The notes: a model not told the origin generated them from the letters alone. 64,000 nucleotides of DNA from an uncultured Phycisphaerales bacterium (GCA_963755915.1 CAVWLP010000003.1:736001-800000), one strand, 5' to 3'; numbered from the stretch's first letter, positions 21,975 through 32,211 are shown. Numbers and translations: made by a program.

Positions 21975-23198
21975 ATGTCGGCGAGCTATTATTCGCCTTA
22001 CGTGCAGAGGCCGGCAGTTTTGTCGGCCATCGGGGTTTTGAGCATCATCGTCGCATCCGTCTCGCTGCTGGTGGATTTTGGATCGCTTTCGTTTGCGAAT
22101 GTCGTTTCGCGGTTTGCGCGGGCGACGACGCCTGCGAGCACGGTTGCGCCTGCACCGGCTCCGGCGAAGCAGGCGGCGGCGGAATATGTTGCGGCGCAGG
22201 GGCTATCAAGCTCGCAGCGGGGGATCGTGATCGGGGCGCTTCAGGCGATGCATCCGATTTCCGATGCGCGGCAGAAGCAACTGGATGGATTGCTGGCGGA
22301 TGTGGGTCAGGAGGTGATCCAGATTTCGCCGGACAATCTGACGAGTGATCGGGTGACGGCGTATGTGACGGACGTCCGGCAGATGCCCAGCGGGTCGGGC
22401 GGGGAGCCGGACGATCTTTTTATCCTGGGGAGCGGGCGATTACAGATTTCGGATCAGAGCGCGATCTTTTTTCCGCAGGACAGCCCCTCGCCGATCCGAT
22501 CGGGCGGGGGGAGTTACACGGATTCATCCGGTCAGACACACCTCGCGAGCGAGCAGATCGCGGGGGTGATCGACCGGGTGCAGACAATGTGCAATCACGC
22601 GATGAACGATACGCAGCAGACAGCGCTGGCGACGGAACTGGCGGCGCCGGCACAGACGCTGATAACGCCGGGTAATTCTGTGGCCGTGGTCGCGGGGCAG
22701 GTGCAGAATGCACAGATGCTGCCGGACGGAACGCTGGCGGTGACGACGGTAAATGGGTCGATGAGCTTTGGGCCGTCGGGGCAGAGTTATCCGGGGATCG
22801 TGTCGGCAACGGTGGCGGCATCGCCGTGGGGAAAAGGGCCGGTGGTCGTCAAGGGCGATGCGAACCTGCTGGTGATCGACGGCCTGCTCAGTTTTGTTCT
22901 CGCGGGGTTTCTGCTGGCGAGCGGGATCGTGCTGATGCGCAATTCGCCGATGGCGCGGTGGATGCTGGTTGGATATGGAATCGCGAAGCTGCTGGGGACG
23001 GTGTTGTCGGTTTGTGCCGTGTATACGATCGGACAGGAACTGGGTGGCGGGGATTCGGATGCGCAATCCGTGGCGATGGCTTGGGCGATTATTCTGGGGG
23101 CGCCCGGGGCGGTCTGGGCGGTGGTGGTGCTGATCGTGATGAGCTTGAGATCGGCGCGGGAGTTTTTGAGTGTGCCGGCGGGGGCGGGGAGTTTTTGA
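21975..23198 (+). CDS. Hypothetical membrane protein
   Basis: One N-terminal TM segment, a large soluble domain and three C-terminal TM segments. Confidence 0.65.
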   Translation: MSASYYSPYVQRPAVLSAIGVLSIIVASVSLLVDFGSLSFANVVSRFARATTPASTVAPAPAPAKQAAAEYVAAQGLSSSQRGIVIGALQAMHPISDARQKQLDGLLADVGQEVIQISPDNLTSDRVTAYVTDVRQMPSGSGGEPDDLFILGSGRLQISDQSAIFFPQDSPSPIRSGGGSYTDSSGQTHLASEQIAGVIDRVQTMCNHAMNDTQQTALATELAAPAQTLITPGNSVAVVAGQVQNAQMLPDGTLAVTTVNGSMSFGPSGQSYPGIVSATVAASPWGKGPVVVKGDANLLVIDGLLSFVLAGFLLASGIVLMRNSPMARWMLVGYGIAKLLGTVLSVCAVYTIGQELGGGDSDAQSVAMAWAIILGAPGAVWAVVVLIVMSLRSAREFLSVPAGAGSF

Positions 23199-23286
23199 GC
23201 TGCTGGAAGAGGTAGAGGGTTGCAAACCCATATCTCAGAATATCTCACTTTATCTCACATTTGGAGACTGAATCGGGTCGGCGCGG

Positions 23287-23331
23287 TTTTTTTTGGCGCC
23301 CTTGGCGTCTTGAGCGAAGCGGGCGGTTAAG
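23287..23331. repeat. REP-like arm (CTTGGCG units), reverse complement of the IS target arm
   Basis: ttggcgcccttggcgtctt-gagcgaagcg-ggcggttaa. Confidence 0.7.
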
Positions 23332-23519
23332 AGAATTGATCGGTCTCCGGCCTACCTTTCGCGGTGTACCGCCCGTCGCCGTCCGCGGCTCCGTTTTAAC
23401 CGCCAAGAAACTATGAAGCCGAGCCTTTCTCGGGACGTGAACGGGGTCAAAATGCCCCAAGTATGAACGAGCGTACCGCGTAGGTCGCTCAAACGTCTTT
23501 TTTGAGAAAGGACTCGGCA

Positions 23520-24563
23520 ATGCGAATTCTCGCTTTGGACCTGGGAAAGAACAAGAGCGTTTTTGTGGATTATGTCACCGGCGGTGGAGAAAGAACGTTC
23601 GGCAAGATCGGCACCAATGCCCACGAGGTGCAAAAACTACTCGAGCGGGTGCGTCCGGATCGACTGGTCATCGAGGCCGGTCCGGCGGCAGGATGGGTTT
23701 GTGATCTGGCGGAGCGGAACAATGTTCCCGTCCAGGTGGCCAATGGCAACGATGAACGCTGGCGCTGGAAGACGGTGAAGGAGAAGAGTGATCGTAAAGA
23801 CGCGCTGAAGATGGCGGCGATGTCGGAGATGGATTCGCTGCCGACGGTGCACGTGCCCAAGGCATCGGTTCGGCAGTGGCGTTCATTGATTGAATACAGA
23901 CACGGCCTGGTGGATCGCCGCACGGCGCTCAAGAACTCGATCCGATCAATCTACGAGCGGCAGGGTTTGTATTTGCCCTCGGCGACCAAGGCGTGGACGA
24001 AAGCGCGACTGGAGGAAATGAGGAAGGAAGCAGCGGCCGCATCGGCGGAAGATCTGTGGCTGTTTCAGATCGGTTGTGAGGTGGCGCAACTGGAGCACCT
24101 GGAGAAGCAGATCGAAACTGTCGAAAGCAAGCTTCAGGAGTTGGGCCAGGCCAACAAAGCGGTGAAACGATTGCAGGAGGTGCCCGGCGTTGGTCCGCGG
24201 CTGAGCGAGGCGGTGGCGGTGATCATTGATGATCCCAGGCGATTCAAGAATGCACGTCAGGTGGGATGTTACGTGGGTCTGACGCCGCGGCGCTGGCAGA
24301 GCGGCGACAGCGATCGCCAGGGGCGGATCAGCAAGGCAGGCAACGCGCTGCTGCGGGAGTTGCTGGTGGAGGTGGCGTGGCTGGGGGTTCATCGCAATAC
24401 GTGGATGAAGGACGTGTACGAGAGGGTTCTACGTGACAGCGAGAAGCGCAAGAAGATCGCGATTGTTGCGGTAGCCAGGAGATTACTGGTGAAGCTGTGG
24501 GCGATGCTGCGGGACGGAACCCGATGGAGAGAACCCCAGCGATCGCTGACGGCGGCCACTTGA
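23520..24563 (+). CDS. IS110 family DEDD recombinase/transposase
   Basis: ALDLGK, VIEAG and KSDRKDA (DEDD residues); VPGVG, GLTP..WQSG, GRISKAGN and AVARRL. Confidence 0.95.
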   Translation: MRILALDLGKNKSVFVDYVTGGGERTFGKIGTNAHEVQKLLERVRPDRLVIEAGPAAGWVCDLAERNNVPVQVANGNDERWRWKTVKEKSDRKDALKMAAMSEMDSLPTVHVPKASVRQWRSLIEYRHGLVDRRTALKNSIRSIYERQGLYLPSATKAWTKARLEEMRKEAAAASAEDLWLFQIGCEVAQLEHLEKQIETVESKLQELGQANKAVKRLQEVPGVGPRLSEAVAVIIDDPRRFKNARQVGCYVGLTPRRWQSGDSDRQGRISKAGNALLRELLVEVAWLGVHRNTWMKDVYERVLRDSEKRKKIAIVAVARRLLVKLWAMLRDGTRWREPQRSLTAAT

Positions 24564-24868
24564 AAATCGAAAAGGCGATGACTGTCCCGACAAGTCGGTA
24601 CAGGCGATGGAGTATCTCCCCTCCGGAAGACACCGTGTCAGAAAGCCGTTGTCTTCTGTGCAGGGGATTGAGTAGAGTTGAAGTGAAGTGGAATTGACGC
24701 GTTCGTGCAGGTTGAATGAGCAAGGCCAGACCCCGGTTGGCGTCTTAAGCTTCAAAGCTTGCCGCTAAGAATAGGGCTGGCCATTTGTACAGTTGAATAG
24801 GCCCGCCGCCAGGCGAGAGCACTGAATAGAAGGCTCACCCAATCGACCGCATGAGCGATCAACGCCCC
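24564..24868 (+). ncRNA. Putative bridge RNA / seekRNA
   Basis: About 300 nt of structured non-coding sequence. An internal loop at 24724-24782 carries two segments matching the insertion target. Confidence 0.75.
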
Positions 24869-24945
24869 TTGACAAGGCTCGGCTCATAGAAGACGCCAAG
24901 AGCGCCAAGAAAATACAGGCCGGTTCGCGAAGTGCTATAGTCTCG

Positions 24946-26307
24946 GTGATGGGCGAAAACTTTTTCGATTTCCAGCAGCGGCTTGCCGAGAAGAAATCAT
25001 CGCCAGCGCCGGATGCGGCGGCGGCGCTGACGGTTACGGAGCTTACCTTCGCCATCGAAAAGGCGATCAAGACCGGGGTTCCATCGCTTGTGACCGTGCG
25101 CGGAGAAGTCAGCAACGCCAGCAAGCATCATGCATCGGGGCACCTTTACTTCACGATGAAGGACACGGACGCGTGCATCAACTGCGTGATGTGGCGCGAC
25201 AACGCAGCGCGGCTCCAGTTCAAGGTTGAAGACGGGCTGGAGATTATCGCGACGGGCCGAGTTTCGGTTTACGCGCCGCAGGGAAGATATCAGCTCCAGG
25301 TGCAGCGGCTTCAGCCGGCGGGGAAGGGGGCGCTGGAGCTGGCCTTTCGGCAGCTTCAGGCGAAACTTGCGGCGGAGGGGCTCTTTGAGGCGGAGCGGAA
25401 AAAGCCGATTCCGCAATATCCGCGGCGGATTCTTTTGGTCACCAGTCGGGCCACCGCGGCGCTTCAGGACATGCTCAAGGTGCTGCGGCGATATCCGTTT
25501 TTGAAGCTGATGCTCTATCACGTGCCGGTGCAGGGCGAAGGGAGTGGTGTGAAAATCGCGGAGGCGATCCAGCATGTTTCGCGGCGATCGAGTGATATCG
25601 GTGGCGTCGACGTGATCCTTCTGGGTCGCGGCGGGGGGTCGCTGGAAGATCTGTGGTCGTTCAACGAGGAAGTCGTCGCCCGGGCGATCGCGGCATCGCG
25701 GATTCCGATCATCACGGGAATCGGGCATGAGGTGGATTGCTCGATTGCCGATCTCGTGGCGGATTATCACGCCCATACGCCTACGGAAGCGGCGCAGGTG
25801 GCGACGCACCAGTGGAAGGCCGCCGGCGATACGCTGCGGCAATCGCGGCTGCGGCTGTTTCAGTTCATCCGGCAAACGGCGCAGGATTGCCGGCATCGGC
25901 TGGCTTCCATCCAGCGACATGAATTTTTCCGTCGGCCGACAGACTGGATTCAGATGCTTCGGCAGCGATTGGACGATCGGCAGAAATCGCTGGGGCTGGC
26001 GCTGACGGGGCGGTTATCGAAGGCGGGGCATCGGTTGCAGATGCTAGAGCCGCGTTTGCCGTTGGGGATCAAGCTTTCGGTTCAGAACCGCAGCAGCCGG
26101 CTCGATGCGATGGGGAAGCAGCTTCAGGCGCTGTCGCCGCAGGCAGTGCTGACGCGGGGATATACGATTACCACGCTGAAAAAAGGCGGGGAAATCTTGC
26201 GCAGCTCGGCTGCGCTGAAGCCGGGGGACCGGCTTCTGACGCGATTCTCTGACGGGCAGACTGAATCGACGGTGCATGATTCGCGGCAGATGTCGCTGTT
26301 TGAGTAG
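24946..26307 (+). CDS. xseA: Exodeoxyribonuclease VII large subunit
   Basis: GEVSN..SGHLYF, RGGGSLEDLW.FN, GIGHEVD and TPTEAA motifs. Confidence 0.95.
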   Translation: MMGENFFDFQQRLAEKKSSPAPDAAAALTVTELTFAIEKAIKTGVPSLVTVRGEVSNASKHHASGHLYFTMKDTDACINCVMWRDNAARLQFKVEDGLEIIATGRVSVYAPQGRYQLQVQRLQPAGKGALELAFRQLQAKLAAEGLFEAERKKPIPQYPRRILLVTSRATAALQDMLKVLRRYPFLKLMLYHVPVQGEGSGVKIAEAIQHVSRRSSDIGGVDVILLGRGGGSLEDLWSFNEEVVARAIAASRIPIITGIGHEVDCSIADLVADYHAHTPTEAAQVATHQWKAAGDTLRQSRLRLFQFIRQTAQDCRHRLASIQRHEFFRRPTDWIQMLRQRLDDRQKSLGLALTGRLSKAGHRLQMLEPRLPLGIKLSVQNRSSRLDAMGKQLQALSPQAVLTRGYTITTLKKGGEILRSSAALKPGDRLLTRFSDGQTESTVHDSRQMSLFE

Positions 26308-26385
26308 ACGGATTTAGGAAGCATTACTGGGGCATTCGACGGCCGATTGGCGGCAATTTGACTAAATATCTGAGATTCCGGAATC

Positions 26386-26414
26386 TTGACACAACCCTGA
26401 TATGCAAATACGCT
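26386..26414 (+). promoter_or_regulatory. Sigma70-like promoter for the rpmF-plsX-fab operon
   Basis: TTGACA-17 bp-TACGCT. Confidence 0.6.
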
Positions 26415-26497
26415 CGTTAGTGCATTGTGCGGCGGGTACCATCCCGCCGTGTTTTTTATCAGGATGCCAGTAGTTTATTTGTAGAAGAGGTCAGCGC

Positions 26498-26683
26498 ATG
26501 CAACCGGTGATGAAAATCAGCAAGTCTCGTAAGCGCAAACGCCGTTCCCATCACGCGTTGCGGCCGATTCATTATGTGCGTTGTCCGCAGTGCTCCAACG
26601 CCAAGCTGCCGCATTGCGCCTGTGATAATTGCGGCTATGTGAACCCGAAATTGGCTCTTCAGATGGAGACGGAGCAGGCCTGA
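26498..26683 (+). CDS. rpmF: 50S ribosomal protein L32
   Basis: KISKSRKRKRRSH, CPQC and PHCACDNCGY; lies upstream of plsX. Confidence 0.92.
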   Translation: MQPVMKISKSRKRKRRSHHALRPIHYVRCPQCSNAKLPHCACDNCGYVNPKLALQMETEQA

Positions 26684-26729
26684 TTACGGATGATCGGGCC
26701 GGAACTTAGCCGATCGAAGGAGAAGGCCG

Positions 26730-27749
26730 GTGCGAGTTGCGGTGGATGTGATGGGCGGGGACCATGCTCCCGCCGAAATCCTGCTGGGATGTTGGCATGC
26801 GGCGCCGCTTCTCGGTGAAGGGGACATGGTTCTGCTCGTGGGGGACGATAGCGCCATCCGGGCCGGGATGGAATCTTCGACGCTGACCGGGGAGCAGCGC
26901 AAACGATACAAAATTATTCCTACAACGCAGATCGTTGCGATGGATGAGTCGCCCGTCGAGGCGATTCGCGGCAAGCCCGACAGCAGCATCGCGGTCATGT
27001 GCAAGCTGGCGGCGAAGGGGGAGGCGGAAGCGGTTATCTCTGCCGGCAACACCGGCGCTTGCGTCGCGGCTGCACAGTTGCGAATGCGATTGCTCAAGGG
27101 CGTCAGCAGGCCGGGGATTGCTGTTATCCTGCCGACTTTTCATGGGCCGGTGGTGATCTGCGATGTCGGGGCCAATCCCGAGCCCAAGCCAAAGCATCTG
27201 GAACAATACGCCATCATGGCGGGGGCTTATGCGAGCGCGGTCTGCGGCCGTGCGGAGCCGCGGGTTGGTCTGCTCAGCATTGGGGAGGAAGACGCCAAGG
27301 GGAACACGCTCACGAAGGAAGCCCGCAAGCTGATGCGGGATGAGCCGCTGGTGAATTTCATCGGCAACGTGGAGGGACGAGATCTCTTCAAGGGCGTGGT
27401 CGATGTCGTGGTCTGCGACGGATTCGTCGGCAATATCGTCCTGAAGTTCACCGAGGGGATGGCGGATGGACTTTTCCGCACGATTGCCTCGGAAATCCAG
27501 CATGCCGCCCCTGAGCTGGTGAAGCAGTTTGACCCCATCCTCCGTAAAATCTATGCGAATCACGACTGGCAGGAATATGGCGGGGCGCCGCTGCTGGGCG
27601 TGGATGGCTATTGCCTCATCTGCCACGGACGGTCGGAGGCACGGGCAATCAAAAATGCAATCCGCGTGGCGAAGCAGCTTACCTGCAGTAAAATCAACGA
27701 GAAGATCGTGGAGACGATCGAAAGCTCGATACCGGTTGCGGAGGAATAG
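26730..27749 (+). CDS. plsX: Phosphate acyltransferase
   Basis: DVMGGDHAP, SAGNTGA, DVGAN, GNVEG and CDGFVGN motifs. Confidence 0.96.
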   Translation: MRVAVDVMGGDHAPAEILLGCWHAAPLLGEGDMVLLVGDDSAIRAGMESSTLTGEQRKRYKIIPTTQIVAMDESPVEAIRGKPDSSIAVMCKLAAKGEAEAVISAGNTGACVAAAQLRMRLLKGVSRPGIAVILPTFHGPVVICDVGANPEPKPKHLEQYAIMAGAYASAVCGRAEPRVGLLSIGEEDAKGNTLTKEARKLMRDEPLVNFIGNVEGRDLFKGVVDVVVCDGFVGNIVLKFTEGMADGLFRTIASEIQHAAPELVKQFDPILRKIYANHDWQEYGGAPLLGVDGYCLICHGRSEARAIKNAIRVAKQLTCSKINEKIVETIESSIPVAEE

Positions 27750-27756
27750 CGGGGAA

Positions 27757-27897
27757 GCCCGAAACCAGAAACCAGAATGACGAATCAATTCCGAATGACG
27801 AAATCCGAAACATATTCGCGAACGAGAAAAGTGAACGCCATTCGTCATTCGGGTTTCGGATTTGATTCGGAATTCTGGTTTCGGATTTCGGGTTTTG
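27757..27897. repeat. Inverted heptamer-array repeat (GAATGAC / GAAAYCM family)
   Basis: cgaaacc-agaaacc-agaatga-cgaatcaa mirrored by ttcgtcattcggg...tttcggatttcggg. Confidence 0.8.
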
Positions 27898-27922
27898 TTC
27901 AATTGTCCGCGAATTTCTGACC

Positions 27923-28909
27923 ATGTCCCTCTACTCCGCCATCCTCGCTGGTTTCGGCAGTCAACTGCCCGACAAGCGTCTGACCAACGACGATCTCTCG
28001 AAGATGGTCGAAACCAATGACGAATGGATTACCCAGCGCACCGGGATCAAGGAGCGGCGCATTGCCGGCGAGGAGGATTCGACGGCTTCCCTCGCCACCG
28101 CGGCAGCACGCAAAGCCATTGCCTCCGCGGGGCTGGAGCCGGGCGATATCGACCTGATCGTCTGCGCCACGATCACGCCTGAGATGGTCTTTCCGTCGAC
28201 CGCATGCTTTGTCGGCGCGGCCCTGGGGATTGCGGGCACGCCGGCCTTCGACATGTCGGCGGCCTGCAGCGGATTTATTTACGCCCTCGTGACGGGGTCC
28301 AATTTCATCCGCACGGGGCAATACCGAAATGTGCTGGTCATCGGCGCTGAAACGCTAAGCCGGATCACCGATTACACCGATCGCTCGAGCTGCATTCTCT
28401 TCGGCGACGGCGCCGGGGCGGTGGTCTTGAAGCGATCCAGCGAACCGGGCAAGGGGGTTATCTACAGTTCGCTTCATGCCGACGGGTCGGGCGCGGATGC
28501 GATGAAATGCCAGCCCGGCAGCCGATTCCCGATCAACCAGCAGATGCTGCTCGATCGGAATCAGTATATGAAGATCAAGGGGCGCGAGGTCTACAAATTC
28601 GCGGTGACCAAGTTCGAGGAGCTTATTCACGAAGCCATGCGGGCCTGCGAGCTGACAGAAAAAGACGTGAAGCTCATCATCCCACACCAGGTTAATCAGC
28701 GCATCATCGACTCGGCAATGGAAAAGCTGGAGATGCCGAAAGAAAAAGCCTTCGTGAACATCGACCGCTACGGCAACACTTCGGCCGCCAGCATTCCCAT
28801 TGCGATGGACGAGGCCCATCGCCTCGGCCGCTTCGGCAAGGGGGATGCGATCATTTTCGTCGCCTTCGGCGGCGGTCTCACCTGGGCCAACGCGGTAGTC
28901 AGGATCTAG
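27923..28909 (+). CDS. fabH: 3-oxoacyl-ACP synthase III
   Basis: AACSGF, LFGDGAGA, PHQVN and YGNTSAAS motifs. Confidence 0.96.
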   Translation: MSLYSAILAGFGSQLPDKRLTNDDLSKMVETNDEWITQRTGIKERRIAGEEDSTASLATAAARKAIASAGLEPGDIDLIVCATITPEMVFPSTACFVGAALGIAGTPAFDMSAACSGFIYALVTGSNFIRTGQYRNVLVIGAETLSRITDYTDRSSCILFGDGAGAVVLKRSSEPGKGVIYSSLHADGSGADAMKCQPGSRFPINQQMLLDRNQYMKIKGREVYKFAVTKFEELIHEAMRACELTEKDVKLIIPHQVNQRIIDSAMEKLEMPKEKAFVNIDRYGNTSAASIPIAMDEAHRLGRFGKGDAIIFVAFGGGLTWANAVVRI

Positions 28910-28910
28910 C

Positions 28911-29825
28911 ATGGCGGCGCAGACCTACATCCTCTGCCCGGGCCAGGGCGCTCAAGCTGTGGGAATGGGCAAGGCGCTGTGCGAATCCTTCCCGGCGGCA
29001 AAGGACCTCTTCGATCGCTCGTCTAAAATCCTTGGATTCGATCTGGCCAAAATCTGCTTCGAAGGCCCCGAAGAACAGCTCAGCAAAACCGATGTCAGCC
29101 AGCCGGCGCTTTACGTCGCCGGCGTGGCCAGTTTTCGGCACGCCGTCGAATCGGGGAAGTTCGACGCGGCCGCTGTGACTGCCTATGCAGGTCTGAGTCT
29201 CGGCGAATACACCGCGCTGCATCTGGCCGGAACATTCGGCTTTGAGGAGGGCCTGAAGCTGGTTGCCCTGCGCGGGAAATATATGCAGGAGGCGGCGGTC
29301 GCCACGCTCAGCGGAATGGTCGCACTCATCGGCGCGGATGAAGCTGTCGCGAAAAAGATTTGCGAAGAAGCCGCCGGCGGGCAGGTGCTTGTGCCGGCGA
29401 ATTTCAACGCCCCCGGGCAGATCGTCATCAGCGGCGCGATCGAAGCCTGCGGCCGCGCCGTCGCGGCTGCTGAAGCCCATGGAATTCGCGCCATGCCGCT
29501 CAAGGTCGCGGGCGCGTTTCACAGCCCGCTCATGCGGCCTGCCGCCGACAAAATGATTGCGGAATTGGCCAGGGTCGCCTTCTCTCGCCCCGGCAAAACC
29601 GTATACTCCAACGTGACGGCTGCCCCGCACGGCGACGCCGATTCGATCAAAAAGCTCCTCGTCGAGCAGATCGTTTCGCCCGTGAAATGGGAGCAGACGA
29701 TGCAGGCGATTGCCAGCCAGTTGGCTTCAGCCGAAGCGCGATTCATCGAGCTTTCGCCGGGCAAGACGCTGGCGGGCCTGGCCAAGCGGATCAATCGGCG
29801 AATGGCCGTCGAAAGCCTGGGATAG
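28911..29825 (+). CDS. fabD: Malonyl-CoA:ACP transacylase
   Basis: PGQGAQ, GLSLGEY and GAFHS motifs. Confidence 0.95.
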   Translation: MAAQTYILCPGQGAQAVGMGKALCESFPAAKDLFDRSSKILGFDLAKICFEGPEEQLSKTDVSQPALYVAGVASFRHAVESGKFDAAAVTAYAGLSLGEYTALHLAGTFGFEEGLKLVALRGKYMQEAAVATLSGMVALIGADEAVAKKICEEAAGGQVLVPANFNAPGQIVISGAIEACGRAVAAAEAHGIRAMPLKVAGAFHSPLMRPAADKMIAELARVAFSRPGKTVYSNVTAAPHGDADSIKKLLVEQIVSPVKWEQTMQAIASQLASAEARFIELSPGKTLAGLAKRINRRMAVESLG

Positions 29826-29837
29826 GAGAAGAGTGTC

Positions 29838-30575
29838 ATGGTGGACAAACGCGTGGCGATCGTAACCGGCGGATCTCGCGGCATCGGCGCGGCGATCGTG
29901 CGCCGACTCGCCGGCGACGGGATGCACGTCATCGCCCTCGCCAGAAACCAGGAAAAACTTCAGCAGGTGTGCGCGGAAACTTCCGCCGCCGGCGGGGCGG
30001 CCGAGCCTCTCGTCTGCGACATCGCCGACAGCAAAGCCCTCGCCGCGGGCATCGAATCCGTCGCCGAACGGCTCGGGCGGATCGACGTGCTGGTCAACAA
30101 CGCCGGCATCACCCGCGACGGCCTTGTCCTCCGGATGGAAGACGAGGATTTTGACACCGTCATCGCGACCAACCTCAAAAGCGCCTTCGTTGCCATCCGC
30201 TCCGCGGCGCGGCCCATGATGCGCGCCAAGGGCGGCCGCATCATCAACATCAGCTCCATCTCTGGCGTCGCCGGAAACGCCGGGCAGGCCAACTATGCGG
30301 CCAGCAAGGCGGGCCTCATCGGGCTCAGCAAGTCGGTCGCCAAGGAGCTGGCGGGGAAAAACATCACCTGCAACGTCGTGGCGCCGGGATTTGTGGTTTC
30401 GGATATGACGGATGTGCTCAGCGACCAGATCAAAGAGGGCGTGAAGAACTTTATTCCGCTGAAGCGGTTTGGCATGCCGCAGGAAATCGCCGCCGTGGTC
30501 AGTTTTCTGGCCAGCCCCGATGCCAGTTACATGACGGGGCAGGTATTATGCGTGGATGGGGGCATGGTGATGTGA
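29838..30575 (+). CDS. fabG: 3-oxoacyl-ACP reductase
   Basis: TGGSRGIG, NNAGITRD and YAASK motifs. Confidence 0.96.
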   Translation: MVDKRVAIVTGGSRGIGAAIVRRLAGDGMHVIALARNQEKLQQVCAETSAAGGAAEPLVCDIADSKALAAGIESVAERLGRIDVLVNNAGITRDGLVLRMEDEDFDTVIATNLKSAFVAIRSAARPMMRAKGGRIINISSISGVAGNAGQANYAASKAGLIGLSKSVAKELAGKNITCNVVAPGFVVSDMTDVLSDQIKEGVKNFIPLKRFGMPQEIAAVVSFLASPDASYMTGQVLCVDGGMVM

Positions 30576-30659
30576 GCGGTTGGCAAAACCCTTACGCACC
30601 GATATAGTTTGTCCCCTTGGGCCGTGTGGCCTATGGACTCATTGTTAGGGCAGGTGGAT

Positions 30660-30902
30660 ATGGCAGAAGATATTGAGCAGAAAGTGATCGAAATCGTCAG
30701 CGAGCAGATGGGCGTCGATAAAAGTGAAGTCACCCGTGAGACTCACTTTATCAACGACCTGAATGCCGACTCGCTCGACACCGTCGAGCTGGTCATGGAG
30801 TTCGAGGATGAATTCGAGCTGTCTATTCCTGATGAAGAGGCGGAGAAAATCCAGACCGTAGGTCAGGCGATCGACTACATCAAAGAACATTCCAGCAAAT
30901 GA
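30660..30902 (+). CDS. acpP: Acyl carrier protein
   Basis: [14 protein letters not shown]. Confidence 0.97.
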   Translation: MAEDIEQKVIEIVSEQMGVDKSEVTRETHFINDLNADSLDTVELVMEFEDEFELSIPDEEAEKIQTVGQAIDYIKEHSSK

Positions 30903-32155
30903 GCTCGCGCCGAGTAGTCTTAACCGGTCTGGGGGTCGTGACCTCTCTGGGCGAAACGGTAGAGGACTTGTGGGGCAACCTCTGCGCCGGCAAGAGCGGA
31001 ATCTCCACCATCTCGCGCTGGGACGCCTCTCAATTCCCCACCCGCTTCGGCGGCGAATGCGCCAGCTTCGACCTGTCGAAATACGACGTCTCCAAGTGGT
31101 CGTCCGAACGGCTGATGCCCAAGCGGCTCGACCGCTTTGGGCAGTTTGGCCTGGCGGCTTCCATTTCCGCGGTGAGCGACTCGGGAATCGACTTTGAACG
31201 CACCGACCGCTATCGCTGCGGAGTCATCATCGGCAGCGGGATCGGGGGGATCGAAACGCTCGAAGACCAGAACAAGATCCTCAACACCCGCGGGATCAGT
31301 CGGGTGAGCCCGTTCACGGTGCCGCGGCTGATGGTCAATGCGGCCAGCGGAAACGTGTCGATCCTCTTCAAGCTTTACGGGCCCAATACGGCCGTCGCGA
31401 CGGCTTGCGCCACCGGGTCCAACGCCATCGGCGACGCGGCGCGGCTGATTCAGCACGACCAGGCGGAAGTCATGATCGCCGGCGGTTCGGAAGCGGCGCT
31501 GTGCGCCCTCGGATTGGGAAGCTTCTGTGCGGCCCGGGCGCTGTCGACGCGGAATGACGATCCGGAGCACGCGAGCCGGCCGTGGGACCGGGACCGGGAT
31601 GGGTTTGTCATGGGGGAGGGCGCGGGGGTCGTTATGCTCGAGGAATATGAACATGCCAAGAAGCGGGGGGCGAAGATTTATTGCGAGCTGATCGGGTATG
31701 GGATGAGCGCGGATGCCTATCACATCACCGCGCCCGATGAGCAGGGGCATGGGGCGAGCCGGGCGATGGATCTGGCGCTGCGGGATGCGAAGATCTCGGC
31801 GGATGAGGTCGAATACATCAACGCCCACGGCACCAGCACGCCGCTGGGCGACCTCGCCGAGACCAAGGCGATGAAGCATTTCTTCAAGGACCATGCTCGG
31901 AAGCTGGTAATCAGCTCAACCAAGAGCGAGCTGGGGCATTTGCTCGGTGCAAGCGGCGGGGTCGAGGCGGTGATCAGCGCGATGACGATTTATCGCAGCA
32001 TGATCGCGCCGACAATCAACCTGAATAATCCGGACCCGGAATGCGATCTGGATTATGTGCCGAACAAGGCGCGGGAGCGGCGGGTGAATGTCGCGATGAG
32101 CAACAGCTTTGGGTTTGGGGGGCATAATGCTTGTTTGCTGATGCGAAGGGTTTGA
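30899..32155 (+). CDS. fabF: 3-oxoacyl-ACP synthase II
   Basis: TACATG, NAHGTST, GHLLGA and SNSFGFGG motifs. Confidence 0.96.
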   Translation: MSSRRVVLTGLGVVTSLGETVEDLWGNLCAGKSGISTISRWDASQFPTRFGGECASFDLSKYDVSKWSSERLMPKRLDRFGQFGLAASISAVSDSGIDFERTDRYRCGVIIGSGIGGIETLEDQNKILNTRGISRVSPFTVPRLMVNAASGNVSILFKLYGPNTAVATACATGSNAIGDAARLIQHDQAEVMIAGGSEAALCALGLGSFCAARALSTRNDDPEHASRPWDRDRDGFVMGEGAGVVMLEEYEHAKKRGAKIYCELIGYGMSADAYHITAPDEQGHGASRAMDLALRDAKISADEVEYINAHGTSTPLGDLAETKAMKHFFKDHARKLVISSTKSELGHLLGASGGVEAVISAMTIYRSMIAPTINLNNPDPECDLDYVPNKARERRVNVAMSNSFGFGGHNACLLMRRV

Positions 32156-32211
32156 GGGCTCCGAGATTTTTTTGCGCCGGCGGCCTCGGGTACAAAAGGG
32201 AACACTCTGCG

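Larger units (their letters stand above)
23409..24893 (+). mobile_element. IS110-family element, IS1111 type (sub-terminal inverted repeats, 3' non-coding region)
   Basis: Inverted repeats CTATGAAGCCGAGCCTT (23411-23427) and AAGGCTCGGCTCATAG (24874-24889); AAGA core at both junctions; TTGACA at 24869-24874. Confidence 0.88.

Noticed and set aside
813-27897. Heptamer arrays as CRISPR or iteron arrays
   Set aside because: They are 7-bp degenerate units in inverted arms with no spacers, and there are no cas or rep genes.
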